Source: an uncultured Gammaproteobacteria bacterium | GTDB lineage: Bacteria > Pseudomonadota > Gammaproteobacteria > GCA-001735895 | Direction: 5' to 3' | Assembly: GCA_963768295.1 (NCBI GenBank) | Contig: CAVYHN010000027.1 | Location: forward strand, 127,009 to 191,008 | Length of the DNA stretch: 64,000 bases | Shown: positions 27,881 to 37,412 of the stretch, piece after piece | Position numbering within the stretch: the first letter of the stretch is position 1 | Layout: every line of letters begins with the position of its first letter | The notes under the pieces: generated by a model | Seen by the model: only the letters and a program-made list of their open reading frames with translations | Databases searched by the model: none | What the model was told of the DNA's origin: nothing | Position numbers and translations under genes: made by a program

Positions 27881-28022
27881 CCACGATAATTTCACCCTGC
27901 CATGGGTATGGCTTAGTCGATTTGCTCGGGTTTGTTGCAAGCAGGTGTTTATTCCTCTTTTACTCATTGGGTCATCGCTGAGCCTACGTTAAACTGAGAA
28001 TAATCGTTTTTCGCCGAGGTAA

Positions 28023-31000
28023 TTGGAGGCGATGGGTAAATACGTTCTCACTTTTTTGAAACTACTGCCAGGGCTGTTGTTCCTGGCCGGACTCGGCTTA
28101 TATATATTTCGCGTACCACTTATGGACAGTCTGCTGATTGGTCAGTTAACGCGGCTCGGTGTTCCAATGAACTCCGTCACAGTCAAAGAGGTTTCACTGA
28201 ACGAACTTGAATTACGCAAACTTTCACTAGGTGCTGCAAACGAATTGCGGGCTGACAAAATAAACGCCACATGGACGCTGCCAGGCTTGTTTGAGGGAGA
28301 ACTGCAAACGGTGGAGATTAGCGGTCTGCAGTTATTGCTCGACCTGACTGGAAAAAATCATCCTCTCGGATCGTTACAGAAACTGATTGGGAATGAAGGC
28401 GATACCGAAAATAATAAACTTCCACAGGTATCGCTGCTCGATGCAAAAGTCGATCTACACACCGCATTAGGGAATTTTACAGTCAATCTACATGGCGACA
28501 TTAAACCAGGGCCGTCAGACAAAAAACTAATAGCCATCAATATTGAGACCAGCGCAGAGCCAGGCCATGTAATTGCTGATCTCACTGCAACGCTGGAAGC
28601 TGGCGGAAAACTGCAGGGAGTACTAACGGTATCGCAAGCCGCGCTGTCACTACCCGATTTAAATATTTCCGAGATACGGGGCAAAAGCTCCTTCGAATGG
28701 AAAGATAATCGGCCGCAGGCTATCAGCGCTGATTTTGTTTTATCACATATCGGCCTTCCAGGCGGTGGGCCACAGGACGAAGCCTTTGAACAGGGCGTAA
28801 TCACTCTGCAAATGAATGCGACGGATGCGCGCATTAAAGGCGAATTATTGGCGGCAGAACATGCGTCCGGGCTTGCTTTTACTGTGACGTTGAATGATTA
28901 CCGACGTCAACCCGGCATCGTAGCTGATGTCACGGCCGAAGTTAATGCTGACAGTGTTATCTGGCGTTTATCCGGACTATCTCAACCAGACAAAGGATTT
29001 GCCAGCTTGACAGTGAGGGCTGATGGGAAAACACCTGCATTGCGGACAGCTGGTGACAACTGGCGAAGCTGGTTGCAGCACAGCACACTGCAGGGCCAGG
29101 GCATTCTCAGACTGGATGGACTCGATTTCGCACAAAAAGTTGCTGATCTCAACGGTGATGTTGAGATTAAAACTGAATTGGCTGACGGACTGGGAAAATT
29201 AACGCTTGCAGAAGACAGCAGCATCGAAGCCTCCGGCCTGGATCCTGATTGGATCGAGCGTCTCGGAATCCCCTCGACGCTGCTCGCTGGGCTAAAACAG
29301 GATACAAAACTGCGCATTACGAGCAAAGGTGAAAATAGTGCAACCGTAACTATCGGCATGATGGCCGATGAAACTCAAATGGATCTTGCAACTGATCTGG
29401 AGTTTATTGTTGATAAAGCGCGAGCCGACATAAGCGCACGGGCAGAGGTCATCATTAGTCGGCAAAACCAGGTGACAGTATTCAAACTTGGTGAGGTCAA
29501 TGTCATCTCTTCAGGATTCAAATACGCCGGTAACACGATCGACAAATTGACTTTGAGCGGCAACTTGCAGGGGTCAGCCGATACATGGGCGGGGGAGCTG
29601 GACCTTGCCGCAGATGCAAAACGATTTCATCTCGGCCAACTGGCTGCGCGCCAGACAAGCGTTAGTTTGCCGATGCGGGTCAACTTCAAAGAACAAGGCG
29701 GGCAACTGTCACTACGCAAGCCGGGACAGATGACAGTTGCAAAACTTGCGCCGTTCAAGGCGTTTCGAGTCAAAGGACCTTTGAAATTGCACCTTCCCAG
29801 GTCTGATATCCGGTTTGCGTGGGGATCCCGGGGTTTGTCATTGGAAAATCAGGTTACGCTGCAACCTGGCAACTTCACGTTGCTTGTCAACCGCGATGAC
29901 GCGCCGGAGCTGGAAATGGAAATTCGTCCCGGGAAGATTTCGCACACGGGCAGGATGGAAACTACAGGTCAGATCGATGGCAAGAGCATTATCAGCGCAG
30001 CCGGCATTACTTTGCCGCAATACCAGATTCAACTGGAAGAAATCACGACTACGATAAGCCACGGTGAATCAGGCGAGCTTCAACTCGCCGATTTCAGAAT
30101 TGATCGGCTGCAACATCTGGCGCCAAAACCTTATTTTGCGCCGATCAGTCTGGCCGGCCACGTGAAGCTTGGGAGCAAGCGTTTATTCATCGACGCCCTT
30201 GGCGGCATACCCGGTAAACAATATTTAAAACTAGCTGCCGTGCATGGGCTCGATACGGGCGAGGGTAACCTGAAACTGGATGTTGCCCCGTTGACATTCT
30301 CACCCGGCGCATTGCAACCGGTTGCGCTTTTCCCTGGTCTGGGCATGCTGAAGTCCGTCAGTGGCTCTGCCAGCGCCAGTAACCACATCGGTTGGTTGAA
30401 AACAGGTATTGAAAGCGGTGCCGAGATTAATATACAGAACCTGTCTTTTACTCAGAATGGAACCACTGTCAGCGACCTGTCAGCCGCGTTACAACTGACG
30501 GACCTGTTATCTCCCAAAAGCCTTCCGCGGCAAAAAATTACGGTTCGACGTCTCGATCCTGGTGTTGCCATGGAGGATATGGAAATTATATACAGGATTC
30601 AGGGAACAGACTCGACTCAGCTCGCCATCGACCAAGCCCAGCTGTCTATGATCGGCGGTACGCTGTCGACAGGCCCTGTCGTAATTGACCCTTTATCCAG
30701 CTCTACCAACCTGGTGTTTCAAGTGGCCAATCTCGACCTCGAAGCACTGTTCAAATTGATAGATGTCGAGGGGCTTGCGGGGGACGGGCGTCTTGACGGC
30801 AGTATTCCACTGACTTTGAGAAATGAATCTGTCTCGATCGAAGACGGCGTGCTTACCGCAAACAAGCCGGGGATACTTCGCTTAAAGTCAGAAAAGGTGT
30901 CGAACTTACTGGCTGGCAGCGCTGAAGATGTCGATCTGCTGTTGCAGGCGCTGACGGAATTTCACTACACCGAACTGATATTGAAAATGAATAATTCTGC

Positions 31001-31178
31001 ACACAATGACCTGCTGACTACACTTTCCTTGCTTGGCAATAATCCGAATGTCCTCGAAGGACGGTTATTTCGTTTGAATATCAATCTGGAAAGTAATATC
31101 GGTGCAATCCTGAACGCCCTCGGCCAGGCTTATGGAGTATCCAGTAAAGCCCTTCAGCGAGTGTTCAGATTACACTAG
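28023..31178 (+). CDS. ydbH: YdbH-family (AsmA-like, DUF940) large envelope protein
   Basis: 1051 aa with an N-terminal TM anchor, followed by ynbE and ydbL homologs as in E. coli ydbH-ynbE-ydbL. Confidence 0.75.
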   Translation: MEAMGKYVLTFLKLLPGLLFLAGLGLYIFRVPLMDSLLIGQLTRLGVPMNSVTVKEVSLNELELRKLSLGAANELRADKINATWTLPGLFEGELQTVEISGLQLLLDLTGKNHPLGSLQKLIGNEGDTENNKLPQVSLLDAKVDLHTALGNFTVNLHGDIKPGPSDKKLIAINIETSAEPGHVIADLTATLEAGGKLQGVLTVSQAALSLPDLNISEIRGKSSFEWKDNRPQAISADFVLSHIGLPGGGPQDEAFEQGVITLQMNATDARIKGELLAAEHASGLAFTVTLNDYRRQPGIVADVTAEVNADSVIWRLSGLSQPDKGFASLTVRADGKTPALRTAGDNWRSWLQHSTLQGQGILRLDGLDFAQKVADLNGDVEIKTELADGLGKLTLAEDSSIEASGLDPDWIERLGIPSTLLAGLKQDTKLRITSKGENSATVTIGMMADETQMDLATDLEFIVDKARADISARAEVIISRQNQVTVFKLGEVNVISSGFKYAGNTIDKLTLSGNLQGSADTWAGELDLAADAKRFHLGQLAARQTSVSLPMRVNFKEQGGQLSLRKPGQMTVAKLAPFKAFRVKGPLKLHLPRSDIRFAWGSRGLSLENQVTLQPGNFTLLVNRDDAPELEMEIRPGKISHTGRMETTGQIDGKSIISAAGITLPQYQIQLEEITTTISHGESGELQLADFRIDRLQHLAPKPYFAPISLAGHVKLGSKRLFIDALGGIPGKQYLKLAAVHGLDTGEGNLKLDVAPLTFSPGALQPVALFPGLGMLKSVSGSASASNHIGWLKTGIESGAEINIQNLSFTQNGTTVSDLSAALQLTDLLSPKSLPRQKITVRRLDPGVAMEDMEIIYRIQGTDSTQLAIDQAQLSMIGGTLSTGPVVIDPLSSSTNLVFQVANLDLEALFKLIDVEGLAGDGRLDGSIPLTLRNESVSIEDGVLTANKPGILRLKSEKVSNLLAGSAEDVDLLLQALTEFHYTELILKMNNSAHNDLLTTLSLLGNNPNVLEGRLFRLNINLESNIGAILNALGQAYGVSSKALQRVFRLH

Positions 31179-31302
31179 GCATACTGCCCATCGTTGATGC
31201 CCGGGGTAGATGGGTATCTGGATTACTGCTAAGCTGATTTTGTAATTGGTAAGTATTTATCCGCCAGGATAATGTGAAATTAACCCGGAGTGAGTACGAT
31301 CT

Positions 31303-31503
31303 ATGCGCAGGAACTATCATATAAATTTTGTCTCAGTTGTCGCAGTGCTGCTACTCATGACGGCCTGTACACCAACTGTCAGAGTTGAAGCGCCAAAAGA
31401 ACCAATCACGATTAACCTCAATATCAAACTGGATGCTGATGTGCGCGTGAAACTGCAAGAAGAGGCAAAAAAAGATATTGAATCGAATCCGGATGTTTTT
31501 TAA
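31303..31503 (+). CDS. ynbE: YnbE-family lipoprotein
   Basis: LLLMTACTPTVRVEAPKEPITINLNIKLD matches the YnbE consensus. Confidence 0.8.
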   Translation: MRRNYHINFVSVVAVLLLMTACTPTVRVEAPKEPITINLNIKLDADVRVKLQEEAKKDIESNPDVF

Positions 31504-31544
31504 TGAAAGTATTTACCAGTAAATATATTTTTCGGGAGGACAGC

Positions 31545-31889
31545 ATGCTGCGAAATTTCAGTTCAGGTTTCTACAGATCCATCATGATGACTATCGCGGT
31601 ATTTCTATTGGCGAGTGGAGTTACAGCCTGGGCCGGTTCACTGCAGGACTTGCGTGCTTCCGGCGCACTCGGTGAAAGTGCCAGTGGCTATACGGTGGCA
31701 CGTGATCCCAGCGCAACTGCGGAGGTTGCTTCGATCAACGAGAAACGCAAGGCCGTCTATGCGGAAAAGGCGGCAGCTCAGGGTGTAAGTATCGAGCAGG
31801 TTGGTAAGGTTTATGCGAAGGAGATATTCGAGAAAGTCCCGGCTGGCACCTGGCTTCAAAACGAGCAAGGCCAGTGGTTAAAGAAATGA
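31545..31889 (+). CDS. ydbL: YdbL-family (DUF1318) periplasmic protein
   Basis: The ORF is open from 31503 (TAATG overlap with the ynbE stop). An SD-supported Met lies at 31545. DUF1318-like core. Confidence 0.65.
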   Translation: MLRNFSSGFYRSIMMTIAVFLLASGVTAWAGSLQDLRASGALGESASGYTVARDPSATAEVASINEKRKAVYAEKAAAQGVSIEQVGKVYAKEIFEKVPAGTWLQNEQGQWLKK

Positions 31890-31997
31890 AAATCGTTCAG
31901 TTGTTGTCACAGAGGGCGGCAATTTAATTCGGGATATCGCATGTTAAGCTGGAAATAGAATTATTCAATTCCCTAAGTATAGCTAGCCTTTTATCCC

Positions 31998-32130
31998 AGT
32001 GTCCGTTGTTGGCCGAAGAGCCTCCCACCTTAGTTGCGTGAGGGTCTGCTATTCAGAATAGTTGCCGCTCAAACTCGATGAATCAGCGGCGATAACCGAC
32101 TCTTAACGGACTCCGAGTCCGTCATGCCGG
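31998..32130 (+). repeat. Island repeat copy I15, located outside the AT-rich island
   Basis: cagtgtccgttgttggccgaagagcctccc...gagggtctgctattcagaatag...aatcagcggcgataaccgactc, within a 525-bp gene-free gap. Confidence 0.55.
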
Positions 32131-32414
32131 CCTGCGAGCCGATACGACAGCTGCTGGCCGTTCTCCGCCTCTGAAAAACCTGAAAACAGTGTCTGCAATC
32201 GAGCAGACAGACATTCAAAAACGATTCATAGGGGGCGGCTAAAGACCGAGGTCGGTGGCTAATGCTGCTCGCGGCGTTCCGCTTGAACGAATCGCTATGT
32301 TGACCCGAATATGCGCCAGGCAACATTGCCATAGGCTGAGGTATTGCGCCTGAGTTTATAGTTGCCTCTGAATAGGGCTGACGGAGCGCACAGGCTAGAC
32401 GTGGTTCTGGCTCC

Positions 32415-33263
32415 TTACAAGGCTTCTTCTAGTCGCGCCAGGCGTTGTTGTTCTTCGAGCATGGCCTGTTTGATTTCTTCGATTACTGCGCCGACGTCTG
32501 GGTCTAACTCGATCGCGTCGTACTCGCCACTGAGCGCGACCTCCGGATGTAAATCGCCAGCCTCGTATAATGCCCAGATTTCTTTGGCGTATCGAGTATT
32601 CAGTATTTCCGGGGCATACAAGCCATAGTAGCTCGTGATTTTATTAATATCACGCGCGAGCAATCGTGCAGCATTGTTATTGGCTGCCGCGTTTACCACC
32701 TGTGGCAGATCTATAATGACCGGGCCATAGTCGTCGACCAGCACATTGAATTCCGACAGATCACCATGCACCAGTCCTTCGCAAAGCATGCGAACGACGT
32801 AACGCATCATCAGCTCATGATCTTCGATGGCCTGCTCGGCAGACATGGCGACGTCGTTCAGACGTGGCGCTTCAAATCCATCTTCATCGCAAATCAACTC
32901 CATTAGCAAAACGCCGTCGAAGCAACCATAGGGTTTAGGCACGCGCACGCCGACCCTGGCGAGTCGAAACAGTGCGTCCACTTCGGTGTTTTGCCAGACC
33001 TGCTCCTGCTCCTTGCGGCCAAAGCGCGAACCCTTTTCCATCGCGCGTGCGCGTCGGCTATTGCGCACTTTACGACCTTCCTGATATTGCGTTGCCTGTT
33101 TGAAGCCGCGTTTGTCGGCTTCTTTATAAATTTTGGCGCAGCGCATTTCGCTACCACAGCGCACGATAAACACATCGGCTTCTTTTCCACTCATGAGCGG
33201 ACGGATCACTTCGTCGACCAGGCCGTCTTCGACGAGGGGTTTGATTCGTTTAGGGATTTTCAT
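32415..33263 (-). CDS. RIO-like serine protein kinase (PA4780 family)
   Basis: RIO domain with the lysine and catalytic region (LVHGDLSEFNVLV). Confidence 0.7.
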   Translation of the reverse strand: MKIPKRIKPLVEDGLVDEVIRPLMSGKEADVFIVRCGSEMRCAKIYKEADKRGFKQATQYQEGRKVRNSRRARAMEKGSRFGRKEQEQVWQNTEVDALFRLARVGVRVPKPYGCFDGVLLMELICDEDGFEAPRLNDVAMSAEQAIEDHELMMRYVVRMLCEGLVHGDLSEFNVLVDDYGPVIIDLPQVVNAAANNNAARLLARDINKITSYYGLYAPEILNTRYAKEIWALYEAGDLHPEVALSGEYDAIELDPDVGAVIEEIKQAMLEEQQRLARLEEAL

Positions 33264-33555
33264 CGCGGCCTTATACCCTAGTTAAGCCGAGTATGAAAGC
33301 AAATGCCGGTAGTATCGATGCGAAGCATTGGTCACCCGCTCGATATTAGCTAGTTGTCCTAAAATGCAAGTCCATCAAATTAACGTACTCTGTGTCGGCG
33401 TCGTCGGCATTTACCGTAGGTTCAATTTACAACAACTGGAGTTACCGGATCGAGTTAGTCGACCTTGAACAGACCCTGAGCCTTCCATACTACAAGCCAT
33501 GCCCGCGCAACGAGGGCCCACACCGCTTATTCGCCGGCATCGAAAAACCAGTTTC

Positions 33556-34233
33556 TTAATCGAACTGGATAGCTTGCAATTTCCGGATTTGATCCCGCAG
33601 ATGGCCGGGCGTAAACGCAATGGCTGCCGGATCATTCTGTACCGCTCGAGTGCAGACTACGGGGCTGCGCAGCGACAACGGCACGTAACGCAAGGTTAAC
33701 CCCGATTTGGAAACTGCGGTTAAACAGTTCTTTTCGGTGATCAGTTCTTCGGGCAGGCTGGCAATGATGCGGCTATCGACCTTGTGAATCATGCGATTGA
33801 GAAACTCCTCATCCCAGAATATCGCCCACGCGCGGAAATAAATATTCGCGTAGTGGCGTTTTCCCTTCACGGGATCGAGTTCGAGGCGTTTCAACGCTTC
33901 TCTCGATATGCGACTTTCCAGGTAGCTGGGCTTATGCCGGTTGCGCATTAGTTGCCAATGCCGCCTCGACTCCCCAATGGAGTAAAGGTTTTCAGCTAGC
34001 TCGAAAACCTCACTCGTCATGGTGTAACCGGGCAGTTTGTCCACCTCATCAAGGCTGCTTGCGACGACTATCTGGGCCACTTGCTTGATTGAGATATCGC
34101 TCTTTCTGCACAAATCTGACAAATCGTATGCTTCGCCGGTTTTGACGTACTCGGCCAGCAAGCTCGCGTCCAGCATCGATGGTGGCAGGCTTCGTATTTC
34201 GATGGCCAGCGTTCTGGCACTGTCATTATTCAT
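33556..34233 (-). CDS. DUF4116 repeat-containing hypothetical protein
   Basis: ELITEKNCLTAVSKSGLTLRYVP...VCTRAVQNDPAAIAFTP matches DUF4116 repeats. Confidence 0.5.
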   Translation of the reverse strand: MNNDSARTLAIEIRSLPPSMLDASLLAEYVKTGEAYDLSDLCRKSDISIKQVAQIVVASSLDEVDKLPGYTMTSEVFELAENLYSIGESRRHWQLMRNRHKPSYLESRISREALKRLELDPVKGKRHYANIYFRAWAIFWDEEFLNRMIHKVDSRIIASLPEELITEKNCLTAVSKSGLTLRYVPLSLRSPVVCTRAVQNDPAAIAFTPGHLRDQIRKLQAIQFD

Positions 34234-34244
34234 ATCCGAGTTCT

Positions 34245-34586
34245 TTAGCGTGGCAGCAGAATGGTTTCAAACCAGGCTCTCCGGTTTAGCCCGGCCCGCG
34301 TTAAGTCATATATAACTAACTCTGGATATTCTCTCCAATAGAAGTATAAATCCAGATCCTTGGTAAATATTGTCAGGGTAAACGGTAGCGTTATAAAGTT
34401 GTTTATCGAATAAAATTTTATCGCTTCATTGTCAGGCGCCTGCGCCTGGCTGATTGCCGCCTGCTGCAGGAAATTTGCCAGAGCCGGCTTTGGCGAAGGG
34501 AGCTCCCAATTCCCAGCAGTGAAATCATCCCGGGTTAATTCTGGACGATCCAGGAGGGGCCTCATGTCAGTCGCGAGGGGATCCAT
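34245..34586 (-). CDS. Hypothetical protein (113 aa)
   Basis: Open reading frame only. Confidence 0.35.
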   Translation of the reverse strand: MDPLATDMRPLLDRPELTRDDFTAGNWELPSPKPALANFLQQAAISQAQAPDNEAIKFYSINNFITLPFTLTIFTKDLDLYFYWREYPELVIYDLTRAGLNRRAWFETILLPR

Positions 34587-34704
34587 CGGTCGCCGGCTAA
34601 TTGGAAACTGTGGTCAACATTTTTACGCTTTGGTATCGCCAAATCTCGTAATACCCGGTTTCAGGCAGCTAAGCGCAGGCACTCAGTGGAAGGCAATACC
34701 TGAG

Positions 34705-35190
34705 CTAGACCTCAATCGGGATCTCGAAGCCGAGTTTGACATTCTCCATCACCACCATGGTCTTGAAGCTCTTGATGTGCGGTGATTCCCAGAAAAACGA
34801 CTGCGTAAACTGCTCGTAGTCCGCCAGCGATCTCGACACTACCAGCAACACGAAGTCAGCGTCGCCGGTAGTATAGAAGGCCTGTAGAATCCTCGGGTTT
34901 TCAGTAATCGAACGTTTGAAGTCCTGCACGATATCGCGCCGGTCCCGCTCAAGGTTTACGAACACCAGGGTAAAGACCTCGTAGTCGAGGCGGGCGGGGT
35001 CGACGATCGAGACATCCCTCTGGATGGTGCCATCCTGGCGCATTTTATTGACCCGGCGCTTGGCTGCCGTGGGCGAGAGGTTCACGGCCTCGCCCAGTTT
35101 TTCGGTGCTGCTCAGGGCGTCCCGCTGCAGCAGCTGTAGCAAGGACCTGTCAATGGCGTCAATTTGAACATCGTCGTAATTATCTTTCAT
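34705..35190 (-). CDS. Lrp/AsnC-family transcriptional regulator
   Basis: HTH (LSSTEKLGEAVNLSPTAAKRRVNKM) plus a RAM domain. Confidence 0.85.
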   Translation of the reverse strand: MKDNYDDVQIDAIDRSLLQLLQRDALSSTEKLGEAVNLSPTAAKRRVNKMRQDGTIQRDVSIVDPARLDYEVFTLVFVNLERDRRDIVQDFKRSITENPRILQAFYTTGDADFVLLVVSRSLADYEQFTQSFFWESPHIKSFKTMVVMENVKLGFEIPIEV

Positions 35191-35380
35191 CTTGCAGTTA
35201 ACCGTCGTCTAAAGGCCCTGATACGCAGTATTATCGCATAATCTGTCGATACAATAGAGCGCAGTACTGACATCCCGCGAAGGCAGCGTTTCGCACAAGG
35301 TAACCAGTCTCGCCCAGTGTCCGGTTCTGGTCGTATAAATCTTTAGTAATGTCCGTTGTGAAAAGCCGGCGCCAGAGATA

Positions 35381-35750
35381 TTGAATATGCCAGAGGGAAA
35401 AGTACTCAAGCAGCGGGACAGGCACCTGGATCGATTAAACGATTCGAGCCTGTTGTGCGACCGCGCCTACATTGACGGCGAGTGGTGCGAGGGCGACGAC
35501 GATGCGCGTTTCGATGTCACCAATCCGGCGGATGGCGCCTGGTTGGCGGCGGTATCGAGCGTCGGCGCCGCACAGAGCCTTGCTGCGGTCGACGCGGTTG
35601 ATGCGGCAGCCAGGGAATGGTCGGAGTCAATTGCACCAGGGTTACCGGTGCGCCGATCCCATTGGGCGGCATGAAACAATCCGGCCGCGAACGCGAAGGA
35701 GCCAGGCAGGGCATGGAAGCCTGCACCGAAGTCAAATACGTTTGCCGGGA
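35381..35750 (+). pseudogene. gabD: Remnant of succinate-semialdehyde/aldehyde dehydrogenase (gabD-like) with a roughly 1.1-kb internal out-of-frame deletion
   Basis: The first frame encodes an ALDH N-terminus (YIDGEWCEGDDDARFDVTNPADGAW...AAREW), stopping at 35674. A different frame from about 35602 encodes an ALDH C-terminus (VGVNC...PIPLGGMKQSGRERE...TEVKYVCRDYD*). Confidence 0.7.
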
Positions 35751-35796
35751 TTACGATTGAACACCCGGCTAATCGCTTAACGAATCAGGAAATACG

Positions 35797-37233
35797 ATGA
35801 GTAATAATACTGTCTTGAATACACCGAGTAGCGCCGCAGCGGCGACCGAAGAGTTGGCGCAGGGCGACCGCGCCACGACCCTGCACCCGTTTACCGCGGT
35901 GCGCGCTTACGAAGCGGATGAAACCGGCGGGCCGCGCATCATTGAATCTGGAAAGGGAATCCGTATTACCGACGCTGACGGCAAAACCTCGATCGACGGG
36001 TTCGCCGGACTCTATTGCGTCAATATCGGTTACGGACGCACCGAGGTCGCGGACGCGATATCCGAACAGGCACATCAGCTCGCCTATTATCACTGTTACG
36101 CAGGGCACACCACGCGTGCGCTGGCGCAGCTGTCGCAACGCCTGATCGACCTGGCGCCGGGCAATATGCGCAAGGTGTTCTATGGCCTGTCCGGCTCCGA
36201 TGCCAACGAAACCGAGGCCAAGCTGGTCTGGCATTACCATAACCTGATCGGCAAGCCCGACAAGAAAAAAATCATTGCGCGCGATCGCGGCTATCACGGT
36301 TGTTCGGTCGTTTCCGGGTCGATGACCGGCATGAATTTTTACCATGCCCATATGGACCTGCCGGTGCTCGGTATTTTGCATACCGGGGTTCCACATTATT
36401 ACTGGGGCGCCGAGGCAGGCGAAACCGAGCTTGATTTTTCACGCCGCCGGGCCGCGGAACTCGAACAGATGATACTCGCCGAGGGCGCGGATACCGTCGG
36501 CGCCTTTATCGCGGAACCGGTGCTCGGCACCGGCGGGATTATTCCCCCGCCAGAGGGTTACTGGGACGAAATCCAGGCAGTACTCAAAAAATATGACGTG
36601 CTGCTGATTGCGGACGAGGTGGTCACCGCCTTTGGCCGCATCGGCGCCTGGTTCGGCTCTTCGGTCTACGCTATGGAACCCGACCTGATCACAGTGGCCA
36701 AGGGCCTTACCTCCGCTTACGCGCCGCTGTCCGCGGTGATTATCGGTGATCGCGTGTCCGACGCGCTGTCGTCGCATTCCGACGAGATCGGCGTCTTTTC
36801 GCACGGCTATACCTACAGCGGCCACCCAATTTGCGTCGCGGCGGCCAATGCTAACCTGGATGTATTGCAAAAGGACCAGATCGTCGAGCACGTGGCTGAC
36901 CTCGGCAACGCGCTGCGCGACGCCCTGGCCGAGGCGGTCAAGGATTCGCCGATCATCGCTGAGGTGCGTGGTGTCGGTATGCTCGCGGCGATTGAGTTCG
37001 TCGCCGACCCGGAAAACAGGGTCCGCTTCGACGCGAGCCACAAGGTCGGTGCGAAAATGTCGGCCGCCTGTCTCGCCAATGGCTTGATCGCGCGCGCCAT
37101 GCCCCACGGCGATATCCTCGGGTTTGCGCCGCCCCTGATCACGACGCGTGACGAGATCAATGAAATTGCCGCAATCGTGCGCAAATCTGTGTCGACGGTG
37201 TGCGACGACCTCAGGCAGGCTGGTATTATCTGA
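35797..37233 (+). CDS. Class III PLP-dependent aminotransferase (omega-amino acid:pyruvate / SpuC-GabT-like)
   Basis: 478 aa; GLYCVNIGYG, DEVVTAFGRIGAWFG, PLP-lysine region TVAKGLTSAY. Confidence 0.85.
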   Translation: MSNNTVLNTPSSAAAATEELAQGDRATTLHPFTAVRAYEADETGGPRIIESGKGIRITDADGKTSIDGFAGLYCVNIGYGRTEVADAISEQAHQLAYYHCYAGHTTRALAQLSQRLIDLAPGNMRKVFYGLSGSDANETEAKLVWHYHNLIGKPDKKKIIARDRGYHGCSVVSGSMTGMNFYHAHMDLPVLGILHTGVPHYYWGAEAGETELDFSRRRAAELEQMILAEGADTVGAFIAEPVLGTGGIIPPPEGYWDEIQAVLKKYDVLLIADEVVTAFGRIGAWFGSSVYAMEPDLITVAKGLTSAYAPLSAVIIGDRVSDALSSHSDEIGVFSHGYTYSGHPICVAAANANLDVLQKDQIVEHVADLGNALRDALAEAVKDSPIIAEVRGVGMLAAIEFVADPENRVRFDASHKVGAKMSAACLANGLIARAMPHGDILGFAPPLITTRDEINEIAAIVRKSVSTVCDDLRQAGII

Positions 37234-37412
37234 AGCAGGCGCTTGTCCACTTTATAAATCGGTCACCAAGGGCCTGATGATTTTCGGGCTTCACCGTCGT
37301 GGCTGCGCCCTCCCGCGATGCAGAGATGTCGTGCCCTGGAGAGGGCCCAGGTCAGCCGCGAGGGGATCCAACGCGCGCCCACTCAATGGGAAGCTGTCGT
37401 CGAGCCAGTAAA

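Larger units (their letters stand above)
13090..28022 (-). mobile_element. AT-rich accessory island built as a gene-cassette array with attC-like repeats between genes. Candidate degenerate chromosomal integron (CALIN); no intI in the window.
   Basis: Composition drops sharply between the pilU paralog and ydbH. There are 16 unrelated genes on both strands, mostly small, each flanked by co-oriented repeats with RYYYAAC/GTTRRRY-like cores. Confidence 0.5.

Noticed and set aside
27650-27967. 105-aa minus-strand ORF between the last island lipoprotein and ydbH
   Set aside because: It overlaps repeat copy I14 and a promoter region. It has no recognisable domain and no RBS context, so it is probably spurious.
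13090-28022. CRISPR array as the explanation for the regularly spaced repeats
   Set aside because: The repeats are 60-250 bp, modular and variable, not 25-40-bp identical units. The 'spacers' are full genes of 250-1480 bp, and no cas genes are present.
32069-32332. 87-aa ORF in the ydbL-RIO gap
   Set aside because: It has no SD or start context and an Arg/Ser-rich low-complexity product, so the gap is treated as non-coding.
35785-36396. 203-aa minus-strand ORF overlapping the aminotransferase
   Set aside because: It is antisense to a well-supported class-III aminotransferase gene.
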